A DNA stretch of 64,000 nt from NCBI GenBank assembly GCA_034669905.1, contig JAXMOL010000042.1, positions 10,681 through 74,680 on the forward strand. Reading direction: 5' to 3'. Positions 63,701 through 64,000 of the stretch are shown here, piece after piece; the first letter of the stretch is position 1, and every line of letters starts with the position of its first letter. The translations under genes were made by a program, and so were the position numbers. The DNA comes from Candidatus Hydrogenedentota bacterium. Lineage in GTDB: Bacteria; Hydrogenedentota; Hydrogenedentia; Hydrogenedentales; JAEUWI01. The notes beneath the pieces were generated by a model that was not told where the DNA came from, ran no database searches, and saw only the letters and a program-made list of their open reading frames with translations.

Positions 63701-64000
63701 GAGCTTGTGCCCCTGGCCGATGGGCTTGTCAGCACGGAAATCGTTGCCAATGTGGCGGAAGATGCCGCAGGTAATTTGAACACCGCAGCGCTACCGCTTA
63801 CACGTGTTTACGATACGTCGTCCCCTGGCGAAGGTGAAGGAGAAGGTGAAGGCGAAGGAGAAGGAGAAGGAGAAGGCGAAGGCGAAGGCGAAGGAGAAGG
63901 CGAAGGCGAAGGCGAAGGCGAAGGCGAAGGCGAAGGCGAAGGCGAAGGCGAAGGCGAAGGCGAAGGCGAAGGCGAAGGTGAAGGTGAAGGTGAAGGTGAA
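48725..64000 (+). CDS. Giant (>5,070 aa, 3'-partial) secreted Ig-like repeat surface protein/adhesin
   Basis: Absent from the ORF track. An in-frame TAA at 48707 is followed by TTG starts at 48725 (AGAGGA RBS) or 48785, a signal peptide ..LVVSSALALAAVFSTSAYA|APSV and ~47 TVTFSExVTG-type and related Ig domains. The track lists no stop-terminated ORF in this frame, and frame spot checks are consistent to the window end. Confidence 0.92.
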   Translation, partial: MQNLVATVFVGANRPNTYVPLKQLFAATGQRIRNTLLRGIPVGLVVSSALALAAVFSTSAYAAPSVLSVVRTDANPTSSSQARFTVTFSESVTGIDTSDFTPAVGGGVSGASIVGFTGGGSVYTVTVFTGTGDGTLRMDVVDDDTIINGSSEPLGGTGAGNGAFSSGESYTIDKTIPAVSSVVRTFATPNNGASVDFTVTFSESVTGVDTGDFTLTSTVTGPSVSTVSGAGTTYTVSVDTGTGDGTLRLNVVDNDSIADGADNRLGGAGPGNGGYTSGEVYTMDKTPPGVTSALRADSSPTNATGVGYTVLFSESVSGVGTGDFSAVVTSGVVSGASVSGVSGSGTTYTVNLDTGSGDGTLRLDLVDDDTIVDAAGNPLGGAGTVNGDHTGDEEYVIDKSAPVVSSITRLDSTPTSASSVDYMVTFNEPVTGVDVADFLATVSSGSISGASVSGISGSGTTYTVSVGTGTGDGTLRLDVSDDDSISDAVGNPLGGSGGGNGDFTGGEAYVVDQSPPSVASISRADSTPSNAATVDYTVSFNEAVSGVDAADFSVTVTGGSIAGASVSGVTGSGATYTVTVGTGTGDGTLRLDLVDDDSVMDTAGNLLGGTGAGNGDYAAGEAYSMDKTAPTVTVEQAGGQADPTNTLPIAFDVTFSEDVTGFAMGDVTMGGTATGVTFNVSGSGTTYSIQITAITGDGTVIPTIGSAVVIDTASNANDASTSTDNTVTYDTAAAVVSSILRVSGTPTNASTVDYTVTFSETVTGVDASDFTATVTGGAISGATVSGVSGSGATYTVSVGTGTGDGTLRLDVVDDDTIVDVSGNPLGGVGGGNGNYSGDEEYTVDKTAPTVTVEQSGGQADPTNTLPITFDVVFSEGVTGFDASDVAIGGTAGGVVVNVSGSGASYLLSVVSIASDGTVIPTISPGGTADGATNANEGSTSVDNTVTYDVTPPQVASSTRVDSNPTMAASIDFQVTFSEAVTGVDTGDFTTTVTSGSISGDAVSAVVGSGTTYTVTVNTGTGDGTLRLDFLDDDSVADAQGNVLGGAGAGNGDFTSGEAYTVDKSAPSVTSVIRADSNPTNATTVDFSVGFDESVTGLDTGDFSAVVASGSISGASVVGVSGSGASYTVSVSTGSGDGTLRLDLVDDDSVADLAGNPLGGVGAGNGNYTGDEPYTVDKTAPTVTAITRSDGDPANAATVDFTVTFSEDVGVVDAADFTTSGTVTGPSVGSVAGSGATRTVTVNTGSGSGTLRLDLTDDDSITDSAGNALGGVGSGNGDHTGDESYTIDKSAPTVTVEQAGGQADPTNTLPIVFDVTFSESVTGFAMNDVTLGGTATGVSFNVSGSGASYVIQITSVSGDGSLVPTIASGVAVDGANNGNDASTSTDNSVVYDTTPPQVDTVTRALGNPTNASSVDFTVTFTEPVTGVGVDDFAATVTGGGISGVSVTGLSGSGATYTVSVDTGTGDGTIRLDVTDDDSIADVAGTVLGGVGAGNGDFSSGQVYTIDRTPPTFTGIVRGDPDPTNGATVTFSVTFSENVTGVGNNDFTPVATVAGPSVSSVTGGGSTRTVTVNTGTGDGTLRLDGTDDDSITDSAGNVLAGPGAGNGDYTGDESYTIDKTVPTVTVEQAGAQADPVNALPILFDVLFSEAVTGFDATDVTMGGTATGVTFNVSGSGTTFSIQITGITGDGTTVPSIATGSATDGANNGNQASTSTDNAVTYDTTPPQVSSITRADTNPTNASSVDYTVTFSEPVTGVTSGDFAATVTGGSISGAFISGLTGTGTTYTVSVTTGTGDGTLRLDLADDDSIVDVVGNTLGGAGAGNGDYVAGEAYTIDKTAPAVSSIVRAGANPTNAATAAFLVTFSESVSAVNSADFTFTTTVTAPSVTGVTGSGTAWTVTANTGTGDGSLRLDLSDDDSIVDTAGNLLGGTGAGNGDFTGGEAYTIDKTQPTVTVEQAGGQADPANAFPVVYDVVFSEPVTGFLVTDVSMGGTAPSPVFSVSGSGATYTIQVTATGGDGTLVPTIAAGVAADSATNVNAMSTSTDNSVRYDAVNPSVVSIVRVGATPTNASGVDFTVTFNEYVMGVDTSDFAATVTGGSITGESVTGVSGSGPTYTVSVDTGTGDGTVRLDVVDDDTIIDALGKTLGGAGAGNGDYSSGEEYSIDKTPPVLSSVTRTDANPSNALTVDFTVTFSESVSAVDVTDFALSATVVSPTVDSLTGSGTSRTVTVGTGTGDGTLRLDVSDDDSIVDAAGNLLGGAGAGNGDYVGDETYTIDKTKPTVTVEQAGGQADPTNTLPIRYDVTFSENVSGFLAADVTMGGTATGVTFSVSGTGAAYTLQVDTASGDGTIIPTIGAGVAADAATNVNVASTSTDNSVRYDTTPPQVTAIVRSGATPTNVSSVDYVVTFSEPVTGVNTADFVATVTGGTVTGPSVSTISGSGTTYTVSVATGTGDGSLRLDLADDDSVVDAAGNALGGTGAANGDYTSGEEYVIDKTPPTVTSVVRGDPDPTNGSSVDFTVTFSETVTAVDVTDFTLASTVTGPSVSSVSGTGATRTVEVDTGSGDGTLRLDLVDDDSIADLAGNLLGGVGAGNGDHPGDESYTIDKTAPTVTVEQAGGQADPTNTLPITFDVVFSESVGGFDATDVSFGGTATGVTFNVTGTGTTYLIEATAVAGDGTLIPSIGSAAAADPATNGNEASTSIDNSVLYDSTPPQVSSVTLADSNPTNATSVDFTVLFDEVVTGVDTGDFSATVTGGSLAGVSVSAVSGSGTTYTVSVATGTGDGTLRLDLDDDDSISDAAGNLLGGTGAGNGDYAMGQVYTIDKTPPTVVSVTRGDPNPTNASSVDFTVTFSETVGVVDGTDFSLSATVTAPSVSGVAGSGATRTVTVDTGSGDGILRLDLVDDDSIVDPAGNVLGGAGAGNGNHTGDESYTVDKTAPTVSVDQAGGQADPTNALPLLFDVVFSEGVTGFDVSDVSMGGTATGVSFNVSGSGTTYTIQVTAITGDGTVVPTIDAGGSADAATNTNEASTSTDNTVEYDITPPQVTAIVRLDGNPTNGASVDFSVTFSEAVSGVDLTDFTETVTGGSITGTSLDGISGSGTTYTVSVGTGSGDGTLRLDGLDDDSITDVVGNGLGGAGAGNGAYSSGEFYTVDKTSPTVTLEQAGGQADPTNALPIVFDVTFSESVSGLDVSDVTMGGTATGTVFAVNGTGASYTLSVTATSSDGTLIPTLATSAAADAAGNLSLAPSSIDRTVTYDTVAFNGLFTSLFVSPTLARQSSMLAISFEATELLSGDPTVTVAGNVATKTGQFGLFYEYSYTVTGAESEGVVQVSVAGSDRAGNPASVMTNVTLDFTPPAPPTITSTVPRSPSTDQTPVAEGLAEANSIVRLYDTDQMRELGSGQADGSGIFSIASLPLVQGVHELYARATDGAGNLGAFSDAFTFEVDLSESGQLFSNIAISPDPAKQTDLITISFDATEPLNNDPIVVLDGELATFLSRSGLAYTYTYQVSGTDTEGAKLVEVIGATAAGAPDSNSARVVLDFTAPAQPGLTRTVPSSPSNYPTPIVEGTAEAKSFVLLYDTDMVTVLGSAQAKDSGAFIIRTNVLTAGTHSLTVISSDAAGNHSPPSNALSYEVVTAPNLFSNIVITPDPAGVTDTLMVVFDESEALNGDPMVTISGNTATKQSYVAPTYTYTYAITGAESEGTQVVIITGANAAGDPGSASRGVVFDFTAPSAPILTRSTPLSPATVLTPSISGVAEAGSAITLYDTDGVTVIATGTTDANGAFTLMTSSLNEGVHSIKAKATDVANNESPQSVALTYEVDLTAGAGLFTNLVIAPDPARQASVLSISFDATETLDSDPTVTVGGNTATKQSKSGLTYSYSYTVSGVDVAGSNSVDVNGADLAGNTGWTNGTVFFDFTAPTVTVNQATGQGDPTTTLPIRFDVLFSEVVTGFDSPSDVVMGGTATGVTFNVTGTGTTYVIEVTALTGDGTLIPTILSAVAQDSAGNGNSASTSTDNSVVYDSTAPTVSMVSAVADPTNITPIGVSVAFSEAVTGFVSGDIVAGNATIQNFSGGPVSYSFELVPLGDGPVTADIGMGAAQDATGNLSAAATPFSRTYDGTLPTVTMSSTAGDPENTAPIAVTVTFSEPVLGFAAGDITVGNATVQNFTGSADAYTFELAPLGQGLVTADIGAGVAQDAAGNPNVAAPAFSRTYDSLAPAVVSILRRDGNPTNSATVDYTVTFSESVVGVATTDFSLTSTGTLTGPSVTGVTGSDATYVVSVGTGTGDGTLRLDLNDDDSIADLSGNALGGTGVGNGDYPTGESYTVDRTSPACTMGSTTLDPTNVTPIPVTVTFTEPVNGFVAGDIATSNATVTNFAGSGASYSFDLVPSGEGAVGAVINAGVTHDGAGNPNVAATPFSRVFDSLLLLVSMSSAAPEPTNSAPITVTVTFSDPVMGFDSGDITVSNATLQNFTGTGDTYTVELLPVADGLVEAEIDAGVATDGAGNPNTAALPFTRTYDTLSPVVDRIVRADADPTNGASVDYTLTFSEAVTGVDVGDLVLTTTGAISGATIDGVSGGGLEYTVTVLTGAGEGTLRVDVVDDDTVVDSAGNLLGGVGLGNGSFSTGDSYTIDRSSPSVALTSSATDPTNAALILVNVIFSESVVGFTVDDVTVGNATVQDFTGTGDSYSFHLVASGEGLVTVNIGPGVANDIAGNPNTAATPLTRVYDVTGPDVSLSSATTDPTNVLPIPVTVTFSEPVFGFTSGDISTFNGTLTNLAGSGTTYTFELIPAGDGVVTASIDAGIAQDATGNDNTASMLFSRVYDAIAPMATAITRVDGDPTNASSVLFDVTFSEAVTGVDTTDFELATTGTLVGAFVSNVSGSGAAYTVTIDTGENDGTLRLDIRDDDSISDLAGNFLAGTLSEDGDFTDGERYTVDKTRPTVTMSSTATDPTSESPIYVSVAFSEPVSGLVIGDIVADNAMVLNLMGSGADYAFELVPLADGLVSTEIVANVAEDAAGNLNTAALPLTRVYDTSSPGEGEGEGEGEGEGEGEGEGEGEGEGEGEGEGEGEGEGEGEGEGEGEGEGEGEGEGEGE
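63827..64000 (+). repeat. Coding hexanucleotide tandem repeat (GGN GAA)n = (Gly-Glu)29+
   Basis: 174 nt of GGC/GGT/GGA-GAA in frame with the giant ORF, reaching the window edge. Confidence 0.97.

Overview
GC-rich bacterial chromosomal segment. A (Gly-Glu)n-tailed giant surface protein, several Tat-signal enzymes, a PQQ-like propeller and a TIGR04073-type protein suggest Candidatus Hydrogenedentes or a PVC-like lineage; this is inference only. Left to right: (1) a carotenoid operon crtY-crtE-crtI-crtB running off the left edge, with divergent idi; (2) a CotH-kinase lipoprotein, a Tat-signal Rid protein and degP; (3) envelope-glycan genes (degenerate AlgX/AlgJ-like lipoprotein, a double GT4, a GT4, ugd) with secreted enzymes and a MATE transporter; (4) a three-subunit sdhCAB; (5) a tandemly duplicated two-gene module of a membrane Ser/Thr kinase with a CBM9-like ectodomain plus a secreted ELWxxDGT beta-propeller; (6) recF-DUF721-gyrB-gyrA without adjacent dnaA/dnaN; (7) HDOD, TIGR04073, hsp20, a lipoprotein and two esterases; (8) a >5,000-aa Ig-repeat surface protein that is missing from the ORF track and runs off the right edge in a (Gly-Glu)n tract. 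Non-coding features include two REP/REPIN-like hairpin clusters, sigma54 promoters before degP and hsp20, and several sigma70 promoters and terminators. The best candidate for an undescribed system is the duplicated kinase + ELWxxDGT propeller module (26611-35380), followed by the giant adhesin. No rRNA, tRNA, CRISPR array or transposase was recognised.
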